Translations under genes and position numbers: made by a program
Shown here: positions 23,671-35,422 of the stretch, one piece after another
How the letters are laid out: every line of letters begins with the position of its first letter
Position numbering within the stretch: the stretch's first letter is position 1
The notes under the pieces: generated by a model
Told to the model about the DNA's origin: nothing
The model's database searches: none
What the model saw: only the letters and a program-made list of their open reading frames with translations
NCBI GenBank assembly: GCA_965649825.1
Contig: OZ287698.1
Location: 1,565,949-1,629,948, forward strand
DNA from: Penicillus capitatus
Lineage: Eukaryota; Plantae; Chlorophyta
DNA: 64,000 nucleotides
Direction: 5' to 3'

Positions 23671-25365
23671 CTAGACCTGCAATCGCATTTGTGCCTTTTT
23701 TCGTCGTGGACGACTAATGAACGTGAAGAGGTATAAGGCGAACGCAACAATAGCGACACCTGTCACAGCTGCAGGGAAGTAGAGAGATGATGTCTCGAGT
23801 GGTCCCGTAAGTTGAAGGCGACTCTGACGGAAATTATCCGGTTTTATGTCACCCCTTGCCACAAAGACACGGCATCTTGTGTCGTTCAGAATTCTGTCGA
23901 GTCCCAGATGCAAACACCGTATCTTCTCCATTGCTTCCAGCCTCTGAGCATCAGACTGTGATATAACAAATGCATCTGCTTGAGAGTAGTTGCTCAAGCG
24001 TGAAAGGGAAGGGACATAGGGGCGACAGATCTCACACGAAGCTCGGCAATTCTCTCTCATGTACATCCATGTGTTGTCGCACTCTTGTCTTTGTCTCCAA
24101 TAGAGGCAGAACTCGTGATCATCGTGACAAATGACACCGGGAATGTGAAGATAAGCATAGACCTCATTCAATTCCTTCTCAATTTTGTCCACAACGACAC
24201 ATTGCTCCTCCACTGCTTCTTTCTGATCGATACAGCTACGCCGATGCCGTTCACACAATGCCTTGTTGATGATATTGACGACTTCAATGACCAGAAGCTG
24301 GCTGTATCTCTCTCTCGGCTCTTTTGATCGAACACTCTTCGGGTGGGGTGGATGCGGGAAGAGACCAAAGTCTTCGGCTGTCGATCTTTCCTCGCTCATG
24401 TTCCAGGGAGGACACCGTAGAGGATCGAAGTCGAAATGTTCATGTTTGTCGAAGGTGTAGTTGGCCACCTTGTGCTTAAGTCCATAGTGTACGATGATTG
24501 GAATGTCCTTTACGGCATATCCCGGATAGTATTCCACTGTTGTCTCGATCTTGTGTCGGATTCCGACTTTTGCAGCGGCAAAGGCATAACCATACATCTC
24601 CGAGATCCACGTCTTTCCGCCCTTTTGCACTGTTGGGTCTCCTGTCAGATTCCAGGCATCTGGATCTTCTCGAACGGCTTCGGTGTAACTCAGCCAAAGT
24701 GGAGCGATTTTGGCCAAATCTCGTGTCCTCAGTAAGAAAAAGCTTCCGGCTTCGTCTGCCCGTCTGCCCGATGGTCCACCGTAGTGATCTTCCTTTCGTG
24801 GTACGTCTGGTATGTGCCGATCTGCCAAAGCATTATTCACTCCCAAAAGGCGGTTGTAATGTGCGGACACAGCAAACCCCTCTGGGACTCCGAAGTCTTT
24901 TACGAGGAAGGGCTGCTTAAGTATCATGTCTGGATCCAAAATGAGAGTCCACTCAGCTGTCGGGAGTCGTTCTGCCAGCCAAAACATAATGGAGACAGGG
25001 CGATTGTAAGGCTGGTAGTGGTCTCCCGTAGTCGGATGCTGTTTCCAGTTGGGCACGACGAGGGTGTCCATAATGGCCAAGTCCTCGTCCGTCAGCTTCT
25101 CCTTGGCTTCATCCTCGTCGCAGCTGACGACTCGAGTGATCTTTCCAGGCTGCCCCACTTTGTCGAAGGTGTACTTCATCGCGAGAGCTTGGTAAACGAA
25201 GTACGAATTGAAACACTCTGTAGAAATGACCACATGAATCGCTCCCTTCTCGGACCCGATAATAGGGTCGTCTAAGATAGTCGGCAGCGCTCTTTCTTCG
25301 CTAGCACCGGCCAGGAAGATCCGTCCAATGAGGACAAAGTATGCGAGTATGAGCCAGTCTGGCAT
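23671..25365 (-). CDS. SERGT1: Peptidyl-serine alpha-galactosyltransferase (SERGT1/SGT1, HPAT-related) with ShKT domain and C-terminal TM; intronless, 564 aa
   Basis: Signal peptide; STECFNSYFVYQ, GQPGKITRVVSC, HPTTGDHYQPYNRP, LILDPDMIL, WISEMYGYAFAAA, IVHYGL; ShKT CHDDHEFCLYW...C...YMRENCRASCEIC. Confidence 0.85.
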   Translation of the reverse strand: MPDWLILAYFVLIGRIFLAGASEERALPTILDDPIIGSEKGAIHVVISTECFNSYFVYQALAMKYTFDKVGQPGKITRVVSCDEDEAKEKLTDEDLAIMDTLVVPNWKQHPTTGDHYQPYNRPVSIMFWLAERLPTAEWTLILDPDMILKQPFLVKDFGVPEGFAVSAHYNRLLGVNNALADRHIPDVPRKEDHYGGPSGRRADEAGSFFLLRTRDLAKIAPLWLSYTEAVREDPDAWNLTGDPTVQKGGKTWISEMYGYAFAAAKVGIRHKIETTVEYYPGYAVKDIPIIVHYGLKHKVANYTFDKHEHFDFDPLRCPPWNMSEERSTAEDFGLFPHPPHPKSVRSKEPRERYSQLLVIEVVNIINKALCERHRRSCIDQKEAVEEQCVVVDKIEKELNEVYAYLHIPGVICHDDHEFCLYWRQRQECDNTWMYMRENCRASCEICRPYVPSLSRLSNYSQADAFVISQSDAQRLEAMEKIRCLHLGLDRILNDTRCRVFVARGDIKPDNFRQSRLQLTGPLETSSLYFPAAVTGVAIVAFALYLFTFISRPRRKKAQMRLQV

Positions 25366-28219
25366 CAGAGTCGAGAAGGCGATTTCGAGGCAACTACAAT
25401 GATGTGACCGTTACAAGAGGAGAACGAGCTTTGAAGGACGTCGCCTGTTTTTGAGAAGGAACTCGACAGATTCTGAATTTCTGTTTGAGTTCCAAGACCG
25501 GTTCAAGGGTCAAAGTGTACAATACATTACCCTCAAATCGCGTAAAGGAAGAGAAATGAGCGACTAAACAGTTCTTTGCGGCGTCAAGAGAGTCCAGAGT
25601 GCCATTTCCATTGAATTCGAGTCGGATAAACTGCGGTAGACGTGTCAGAGGCTGAACGCTCTATGCTGCGATGGAGAGATAGCCACCAATGTTGTACCGA
25701 TTGCAGTCCGAAACAGCAGCTTTGCTAACGTTAGTTTATGCAGAGAAGGAATTCCAGGAAACATCAAAAGATGACAGCCAATGCAAAAGTTTGCGCAATG
25801 ACAGCATGCAGTACGACAATACGTACGTATTTATTACACAATTGACTTCGAAAGACGTGATGTTGTCACGGGGAGATTGACAGCAATCAAGGTCACTTCA
25901 AGATGTCGTTATGTCGTTCAAATACAGAAAAGACCGCAACCGAAGGAACTAACGAAGAAGGCTTTATAACGCTGCATTAAGGTTGCCTTCATGCGCCAAC
26001 CGTTGCTGATTCAATGAGAAATGATGTTGCATGTTTAAAAGCACAGCGAAACTATTATGATGTTCTATACTCAGATGTAACTTGGTCAAAGAAGGAAGCT
26101 TTATAATGATGAAAACATATCGGCCGAGAACAGGTGCTCTCGATAGAGGCTGCAATCAGATTTTACTCTCTGGCTTCGGCTTAAAGGGAATCAATCTCGA
26201 GGTGTCCGGCGCCGCGGTCGCTTCGACGTGCGGTAACGAGACAGAGAAACAAGACACGAGCAAAAATTGAAAACTACAGCATCCGGCCACCACCTCGGGA
26301 GAGACATCCAACATAACGACAATAGAGATGCGAATATGTGCTAGACGATGGTCAAAAAGTATCTACCCATCCACATCTCTGTGATCTAGAGCGGCGTACA
26401 CGTCAGTTGAATACCCGTGGCGCCCCGCGGACCGACGTCGCATCTCGTACTCACTATTGATATGAGCTAGCACGCAGGAAACGAAACAGATTTGTTACGA
26501 GATACTTTCAATGTTTTCTGAACCCTTTGATAATGCTTCTCACATGTGCCAAGTAAATGGGGGCTAATTAATGACTCTGTTTGAGAGATCTCTACTCTGT
26601 ACGATCGATCGTTTGGTTTACGTTGATTTGTGCGACGAGGGTGCAATAATGCTGATGTGACATGGCCTTTTATTGGTTAGAGGTTTTGATGTGACATGCA
26701 GGGAGTCTAGACGATTGCCGGCTTGCGGACCGGACACAACACAGCTTTGCGACATGAGGCCGCGTATCCCCTCCGGTATAAAGCTGACTGTACACGCTCA
26801 CCTGTAGCATTCGTGTTTGCTCGTGGTCCGTTTCTCCGTCCATCGCTGCGCACGGCCGGACTCGACATTCGATTCTTGCAATGACAAGGAAGGCCGTTTA
26901 TAACGCTGATGTGTTGTGAATGCGAGAGTCGACTTGACGGCCGAGTCCGGACCGGATTGCGAGTCGCGCAAGAAGCTCCGTCAGCAATGTATAGTTATGT
27001 AGTTAGACGGATAGAGCAGAACAGTTCCCGCATAAGTATTCAGAATGACGTCAGTCTCTGTCATGCACACGTCGTGCATGATACGCCTCTCGCGCACCGA
27101 ACGTCACAGTGACAACGTTGTCATCATGCTTCTTGTGAGAGAGGATGTGACGTTTTTTGAACCATTCCCCTTATACCTTTCATCACCATGACATTATTAT
27201 ACAAAATGCCGGCAGCTTCCCAATCGCCGCGGCTCATCCTCGCGAACCCCTGAAAACAAACGACGGCGAAGGCGTATTGATCACAAATACTTTTTTCAAC
27301 GCATATGGTACAGGTTAAATAGCCCCAGAACCGACAAACATGTCATATCGAACAAACTAACGTGGTTCTGAGCATCCATGTCCTTGTCGGTTATGCGAAG
27401 GTGAACAGCTGTGACAGTGACATCAATGCTGCTGATAATGAATTGTACTTAGTTCATGACATTTCTGTCTCTTCTAACCAATGCCATCCTTGTACAGAAC
27501 ATGAAGTTGATGGATACGTGCTGTGACAAGTTACCGATATGACAAAAGGGCGCCAAGTTTCTGGATGAAGTGCTATGACGTGACGGATGATGCGGAGTCA
27601 GTTGAGCCAGAGCTCAATTAGCGGAAACGTTAACTAAAGGAACAAGTAACAAGTGTTTCCGATGAATTCTCAGACCTTTACAGAAAACAATCATCCATCA
27701 ACCTCGGTTTGCAGCGCATTTCATTGTCTCTAGTGAAGTGTCGCATCATTTCCCATCACAAAGCAAACACCAACACTAGCTACGTACGGAGTGAAAAGCT
27801 TGTGACAGAGCCTCCTAATCTTCTTTGCTTGCCTGGTTACCTGAAGGTCATGGAGACGTTCCGCTTGAAGATATAAAGACCTATTTCTTGAGGCAGCACC
27901 GAGCATTTTCAAATGCTCTTTGGGTTGTATGATCACTTAACGAACTCGCTTGTCGTTTTGAGTTTTGTTGTTGACTCGCCTGCACACTTTCTGCCCGAAC
28001 TTTGATTGTAACTCGACTTCTGCGATCCTTTTACGCTCATCTCGACGATAGGCCTACACGAAGGTTCTTTCTGATTGGGTTTTCGCTGTTTGTTTTTATC
28101 AGTTAACTTGTACTTGAGATCTTTTCAATGCAATCTTCGAAATAGTGGCAGTCACATCCTTTGTACGACCAATGTCAACAGACATGACGAATCGTCCTGC
28201 TCAGACCTGTCATCACATC

Positions 28220-31200
28220 ATGACCGATCAACAACAGCGACTATGCGTTCTCTCGCTGCTGCTGATCGCATGCTGCGTTCACTGTGAATATGAAAAAATC
28301 CTGTGTGGCTGGCTTAACACATTGCATTCGAAGTATAGCATATTTTGCCGCTTGCAAGCTGATACGTGTCAATTTCCGGTATCGACCTCAAAATCATGAC
28401 TCCGACAATGACGATACAGATTATGCACTCGCAGCGACAAATCGCGAAGAGCTCACATTTCCTATTCTTTGATCTGTATGGCAATTGCAATTGGTTTCTC
28501 GGAACTCATATTGGATGATCTCCGAACTGTTGTCGTCAAATGCATCGTGCATGATTTCGAACGATGCCCATGTGTAGCACTAAGTCTTTCATTTCAACTC
28601 TTTTGTCAACAATAAATGAGGAATGAAAGGATGAATCTGTGAATGCTAACTAGAGTGTGACGTGCACGGTGATAAATGGTGTAACGTACTACGACCTTGA
28701 TCTAAGAGGAGAGCAGAACAATGGAACCATAGATCCGACACTGTCAGGCATAAAGACGCTGAGAAAACTGTAAGCCGGGTTCTCTGTTCCGTAGATGGCA
28801 ATGAATGCTTTTGTGCACTGCTCAGCCTGCTCTCGGGAAATAATTTCACAGGGGAATTGTCCAGTGCATGGAGCGAATGTCAGCATTTAGAGGAAATCGA
28901 CCTTTCCAACAACGCACTAAATGGAAGTCTCCCTGATTCATGGTCTTCGCTGACATCACTAAAAAACATGTGAGCAGTTAGCTGTTTGGCTGACTCGACC
29001 CTTTGAGTCATAATTTGAGCTCCTAGGGACCTTGGACGCAATGAACTTTCCGGAATGTTGCCGGCTTCTTGGGCTTCAATGTCTTCGATAAGGACAATGT
29101 GCGATCCTGATACTTGTTTGCAGACAACATCTTTTTCTCGTGTGACAATAGGAAACTGGGTAACAACGGTCTGACTGGTGAACTACCGAGCGAATGGTCT
29201 GCATGGACAAACATAGAGCAATTGATTCTGAACAACAACTCGCTTCATGGGCCATTACCAGACTCATGGTCGGCCTTCCATTCTATCAAAGAGATGGATG
29301 TGTCATACAATCAGCTGAACTCTACCATCCCGACATCGTGGGAATCTATGGCCGAAACGGCAGAGCAACTGTAACCCTATATACAGGTGAGCAGCATTGC
29401 TTCCGTGATGTGTTTTTGTGTGTAGCATCTTTGATGGCAATCCTAACCTCGTGTGCGCTGTGCCTTCTTTGTGGTCAACATCTGTCTTTTATTCTTGCAT
29501 TGGAACCATCGCACCGTTTCTTCTGTTGCCACCAGAAATTCCGTCAGAACCTGCAGCTGAGTCGAGCATTGCGGACACGCAAATGGAAATGCCATTGGAA
29601 TCCGTGCCCGAATCAAGCATTGCGGATCTGCTAACAGAAACACCATCGGAACCTGCAGCTGAGTCGAGCATTGTGGACACGCAAATGGAAATGCCATTGG
29701 AATCCGTGCCCGAATCAAGCATTGCGGATCTGCTAACAGAAACACCATCGGAACCTGCAGCTGCGTCGAGCATTGCGGATATGCAAATGGAAACACTGTC
29801 TAAACCTGCGTCTGAACCAAGCAATGAAGAATGGTCATTGGAATTGTCAACTGAAGAAAGTGGCGGCGACTATGTGTTGGACATTCCAACTCCTCCATCA
29901 TCTCCACCGATAGAAGATTTCACGGAATCTTCCGAGACCGTTTTCAATCCGCCACCAGGTGAGGTCCTGCTAATTTACAACGCAACCACAAAAGATCACT
30001 CTTGATGAATCCAGCAGCGTCTGAAGATGAATCAAGTTCAATTCCGGAGCCGGATCTCGGGCCAGAGAGCGGCAAAAGTAGCGTCTTGGAGGAATACAGC
30101 TTCTCAGGTGAGATGGCGCCAATCGAAGAACCGGTGCCCTCGCCCACCGACGAACCGGATACTGAAGAGCCACATGTTCCTGAACACAGCCTGCAATTCG
30201 CAACTTCACTCACAGATGAAGACATCCTTCGCACATACTGTTCAACCTCGGCTGCGAAATGTGAGCGAACTCCTACTGGAGTCTACGAAGAGATCATCGT
30301 TGGTGACACATATTCCCTCGGATCCAGTGTGCCGGGAGAGTCCCTTTACGGTCTCAAAAGAATCGACACTTCAGCTCCTACACACCCTGGAAGCCCTTTT
30401 GTGATTCGCGTTGTACCTGAGAGTCAGCAATGCGGCGAATCTTCACAGCTTCTTGTTGAGGTGGCAGTCGTCTGTCCGTCGAGCCGCTTCTACTGCGAAG
30501 AGGATGGGAACTTATTCTGCAGTCCAGCTGAGTTCTGTATCAATCTTCAGCTCGGTACAGAGGATTTGGATACACGCGACGACCTGTCAGTGACTAGCAA
30601 TGCTCCAGTCCTTCAGCTGAGGGGACCGGCGTCTGTCGAAGTCACGGTCGGTGACAACTACACTGCTTGTCTCCCATGTCTAGGACAGACAGATGAACGT
30701 GTCTGTGACGAAGGTGCTGATGCATGGGACAGCATAGAAGGAAATCTGACTGCCTTGGTCGAAGCCTGTTCGGAGGAGAGCAACGTCCATCACATCAATG
30801 AAGATGGACTTGAAGGATGCTTCATCGATACCTCCACCCCTGGAATCTACAACATCACTTTCTCAGTCGCGGACAGCGTCGGCCAATCTGTCAAAGCGAT
30901 TCGGCGACTGACGGTCCTTCCAGATTGCTCCGAAGGGGAATTCGTATGCATGGACGTGCTGCAATGCTCTGTACAGGGATCATGTTTTCTGCACACTGGG
31001 ACAGTCGCCAACACCCCCAGCGATGTGAATCTGGACGCCGTGGCCATCGAAGTCGAGCAACCAAACAACACAATGGATCTTGTCCTTACAGACTCCATAG
31101 GTCCCTTTGTCAACGTCTATGTCGGACAACCTTATGACAAGTGCGAGGAAGGAGTAGATCCGACCGATGATGTCAAGTGCGAACTGGGAGTCCGTCTTCG

Positions 31201-34200
31201 AATCTTTCCAGGTCAGGAGACGGACTACAGTGTCTACGCATGTCCCTCGAGTCCATGCATACACACCGGAGGAAGCTTCTGCGAGGGCTCTCTTTTTTCC
31301 CAGCACGGTCTCGCCAGCTGCAACATCGATCAATCTGCCATCCCTGGAACGCAGTACGAGATTCAATTCATGGCCATTCCCATGAATGCCTCCCTGCCAG
31401 TACTATTTGTAAGCCGTTATCTGGTCCTGGATAGCCCATGCGAAACAGATGCGTACTTCTGCCAAGACACTTGCTCTCCAGTTCCCTGTGATTACTTCGA
31501 CAAGCTTACGCGTGACACGTCTCCGCGTATGGTATCTCGTTTTCCAGATGGCCTCTCTTTTGCTTATGGCACTGCCATACCGATCTCGATCTTCTCCTGC
31601 ACCACAGATGCAGACTGCGGTGTGCGCGCAGAGGATGATGAGGGGGATGTCACTTCGAGCGTCACAGTCACCGAAACAACGCCTTGCGACAGAGAGCTGG
31701 GAACATGTCAGTATTGCCATCCGGATTATCTCGCTTCTGGAAACTGTCCTCCTGGATATTACAGATACCAATACATTGTCAAAGACTCTGCGCAGAACGC
31801 CGCCAAACCCGTAGACTTGGAGGTGAACATTGTCGAGTTCAGTGAATTGGTGATCAGTGTGGCTCATCGTTCTGCGAAAGAAAACATGACAGCATCTTTC
31901 TGGAGCGAGCAGCCAGCTCAGATATTGACCCTGAAGGAGAATCTGCTGGATGCACTGGCATCTGGGTTTGACGAAAGAGGAAGACAGGCCACGCTGAAGC
32001 CGGAGGATTTTAAAGTGACATATGCGGATAGCGGCGTCATGTACATTCGGACACATCTCGCTGGAATGGGCAAAACCATCTCTACCGTGAACCCTACTGA
32101 CGTGAGACTGTTAACGAATTTGAGCTTCTCTGCACATGCCCCCTTAATTTTCAATGGATCTGATGAGCACGATTCATTTTCTCGTCGGAAATTACTCCAG
32201 ACCAATGCGGGAAATGAAACGAGTTTCTACGAGACCGTTGCATCTGCAGCAGATATCCTGGATGCCTTGGATACCAGTCATTTGAACATACGTGTTCCTG
32301 AAGTACACGCCGAAATGCTGACGGATGAAGTGGATGATATGCTGAGCGCCATTGTATCAGTGTTGGGAGAGATCGGCATTCTTTACGAAGAATCCATTTC
32401 TCAGGTGGAGACTCTCATCGAATCCGTCGGTGCTTCTTTTCCCGACACATCCAAGGCAGAAAAACAGATCTTGAGCAATATCGAAGCCATGTTCAGCGCT
32501 CAGAACAATTACCACCAGTTTATCGAAGACAGACTCAATGACACAGAGTACTGGAACCTTGCCGGAACTCTTGAAGAAATGCTGAACGCCACACAATCGG
32601 CGACTAGACAGACAATGGCGATGATCAATGCACAGCTTCGGGAGATGAACCACATGAGAGACTATCAGGTGAGACCACAGTTCTTCGCTTTTCCTTCAGC
32701 TCCTACGTAAAGGGATTTGTTGAATTAATCAATTCGCTCTCGGAGGATCACAAATGCATCAATGGAACAGAAGAGCAGCGTTTTGCATTCACCCTACCAG
32801 TGAGCAGCCAGGAAGACCATGGCAGAAAGCTATTGCAAACTCGGAGCTCATCATACTCGGGTAGCGCTGTTTTGGGTTTGTCAGGGGCATCGGATGATGC
32901 GGAGAATATCTGGGGAGCATACAAACTGACAGTCCCAGATTTATCAGCCTCAGGTCCGAATGCAGCAACCATATCGATGGAAACGATGCTCAGGGGTGCA
33001 ACCAATAGTCGGAACTTCATTGTCGGCGGCGTCGTCATCCAGACGGAACGCAGTACAAAGAAGCACATCTGCCATGGTCGATTTGCCCATCTAATTGAGT
33101 ACTGTTACTCCATCCCACTACATGAAGTGGATCGATCGAGCATTCCCTATGGCAGAGATCCTGTCTTCCTCACAGACTCTGTCCTCTTCAATGAAGATGC
33201 CGCCACGCGCACGGCAAAGTACTATGACACCGATCAGCCTTCCGAGACAAGTACTTCGGGAATTCCTTATGGTTTTCAACCAAGCAACGAAGGAGTGACG
33301 ATGGGAACGCATTATGTCTATGTGGACACGCAGTTCGACCGAACAACAGCGACAAAGCTCTTGCAATACTTGACAGAGGGCAGATTTCTCGATGCCTCTA
33401 CCGATTCTGTCGTGGTGCGGTTTGTTACTTACAATCCTCAGTCTTCCCCCACGATTCTGGCTGTCAACGAAGTGCGGTGTATCTGGGGACAGTCAATCGA
33501 GTGCAAACACATGATCGATGCTCTGCCAGACATCCAATGGACGCAGTTATCCACCACTGCAACAACTGTCGTCGTTGCTCTCCTCGTCATCATGTACTGG
33601 ACGACCATCCTTCATGACATATCGTCTGGCACAAAAACAGGCGAGACCCTGTGAAGCCGATGGCTTAGCTCGATGCTGGTCTGATGCAGGCGACAGGAGT
33701 ATCACTGCTGGTCTGGCTCGCAACTCTGGAGACGTGTTCGTCGCTTCGATCATGACCGTCTCGTTCTGCATCACTCTGGGGATGATTGGATACGAAGTCT
33801 CCGATCTGGGACCACGACTGAGATTCGACGTCTATGACGCCAGCATTTTTCAAGGAGCACACTGGTTGCTGCATAAGAGAGAAGAGAGCCAAGGTATGAA
33901 CATCACAGCCCATGAACGGGGTCTTTCCCTGCGCATGGATCGTAGCTGTGTCGGGAGGAGAGAGATGGAAGCTGCCAGCCAACACGACAGACATACAACG
34001 CCTCTCCAAGTTCCTTCAGAGCATGTCCACATACCGGACGCTCACCTCCGTCGACGACGTCTTTCAAACGCTCTCCATCATCGCTGTGATTCTACGTTTG
34101 CTAGCGCTGGCCTCTTCTATCCCTCGTGTGTCCATCATCACTCAAACCCTCAAGAGATGTATCCAGCCACTCCTCTACTTCTTACTGCCATTTGCTGTCA

Positions 34201-35099
34201 TCCTGATCCAATTTGCAGCCATGGGGACCATCTGCTTCGGTCGACGCATTCAATCCCTTTCGTCCCTCGCCGCATCCTTGGAGACGGTTCTGGAATTCGT
34301 CTTCTTTGGAGGGGGAAGTGCGTCTTTCTCCCGCTGAAGTACAGAGTTCAGCCGGTGTATTTGTGTAGGTTTGATTAATGAGCTGACGCCAGATGGCATT
34401 CTGCTGCATCCAATGGAGAAGACTGTCGCCGTGCTCTTTAAAGTCTCGTTGACATATCTCTCGATCTTTATCTTCATCAATTTCGTCCTGGCAATTCTCG
34501 GCGACAGATTTCTTTATGAGAAGGAAGAACACCAAAAGAAGCAAGTCGTCAAGAACGCTGATCTCTCTTCCCTCGGAGCAGCGATCTGCAAAGCCTTCCA
34601 CCACATCCACCACAAACGAAAGAGCAGCCGTTCAGGTCAAGGGATCCCTAATCATGGTGATCTTAGAGATGTCATTCACAAAAGCCCTTCTTCAAGCAGA
34701 AAGCCGCCATTCTGTACATCTCTGCTCCCTCGTGCAATTCTTTCCTCCCCTTCTTCATCTGTCATCCAAGAACTGGAATTGACATTTCCACAGGTCATCG
34801 ATATCGATCAAAATGCAGATGACGCCGATGTATCGGAAGGAGATAGCATCGAGGACGATGATGACATTCAGTGCGCAATTCCAATGAAGAGTTTCAATGC
34901 TGCAGCATTTGGCATGAAAAAGCTCCAGGAAGACGAGATCGATCTCTCTGCCATATTGAGGCGACTGGAAGATCGCATGCGTTCAAGAATTCGAACCAAC
35001 AGCAAAGTGCGACAGTGGGCTATTCAAGCTCGGCTGGACCTATTACGCGTGGAATGGCGACAGCCAGAGTCTGTCAACATGTCCACATCATCTCAGTAG
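28220..35099 (+). CDS. Giant polycystin-like cation channel: signal peptide, plant-type LRRs, mucin-like repeats, Cys-linked Ig-like (DUF5011-type) domains, TOP domain and TM channel
   Basis: Signal MTDQQQRLCVLSLLLIACCVH (link to the LRR exons unresolved). LRRs such as LSNNALNGSLPDSW and LGNNGLTGELPSEW. Ig-like PVLQLRGPASVEV...IDTSTPGIYNITFSVADS. TOP NFIVGGVVIQTER and EGRFLDASTDSVVVRFVTYNP. S5 YFLLPFAVILIQFAAMGTICFG, S6 IFIFINFVLAILGDRF. Confidence 0.85.
29542..29793 (+). repeat. Coding tandem repeat, 102-bp unit (34 aa) x about 2.4, near-identical copies
   Basis: GAACCTGCAGCT recurs at 29547, 29649 and 29751. Unit is PSEPAAESSIADTQMEMPLESVPESSIADLLTET. Confidence 0.97.
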
Positions 35100-35136
35100 A
35101 TGAAATCGCGTCTTCGTTGTTTCCTGGACGGTCTCG

Positions 35137-35141
35137 TGTAA
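35137..35141 (+). terminator. Putative TGTAA poly(A) signal for the polycystin-like gene
   Basis: 37 bp after stop 35099. Confidence 0.4.
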
Positions 35142-35422
35142 TGACCTCGGAGATGACGATGGATTGGAGTTCTTTGACGGCTGAGACAAGACGTCCGTGC
35201 CTGCATCAACGTTTGATTGTTGTGTGCAGTTTGTATTCATCCACTCGGGATTTGCGCTGACTCGTACAGAAGGTAACATGCAAAACGAGCACTATCCCGT
35301 TGTTCCACGAAACGGATTACCAGATGACGGACCGGGTAAGGCTTCTCTAGCTTGTCCCCCGCATCGTTGTCGGGTTACAGCGCGTTGACTTCTGAATAAC
35401 GCCTCATGTGGTGTCAGAGTCC

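Noticed and set aside
26660-26680. GCCTTTTAT resembling the U5 snRNA loop
   Set aside because: It mismatches the invariant GCCUUUUAC loop and has no flanking stem or Sm site.
26853-26952. Short inverted repeat CCGGACTCG / CGAGTCCGG as MITE ends or a hairpin RNA
   Set aside because: Only 9 bp of perfect match, no clear target-site duplication, expected by chance in GC-rich sequence.
29542-29793. Direct repeats as a CRISPR array or mobile element
   Set aside because: Contiguous 102-bp in-frame coding units with no spacers, in a eukaryotic gene.
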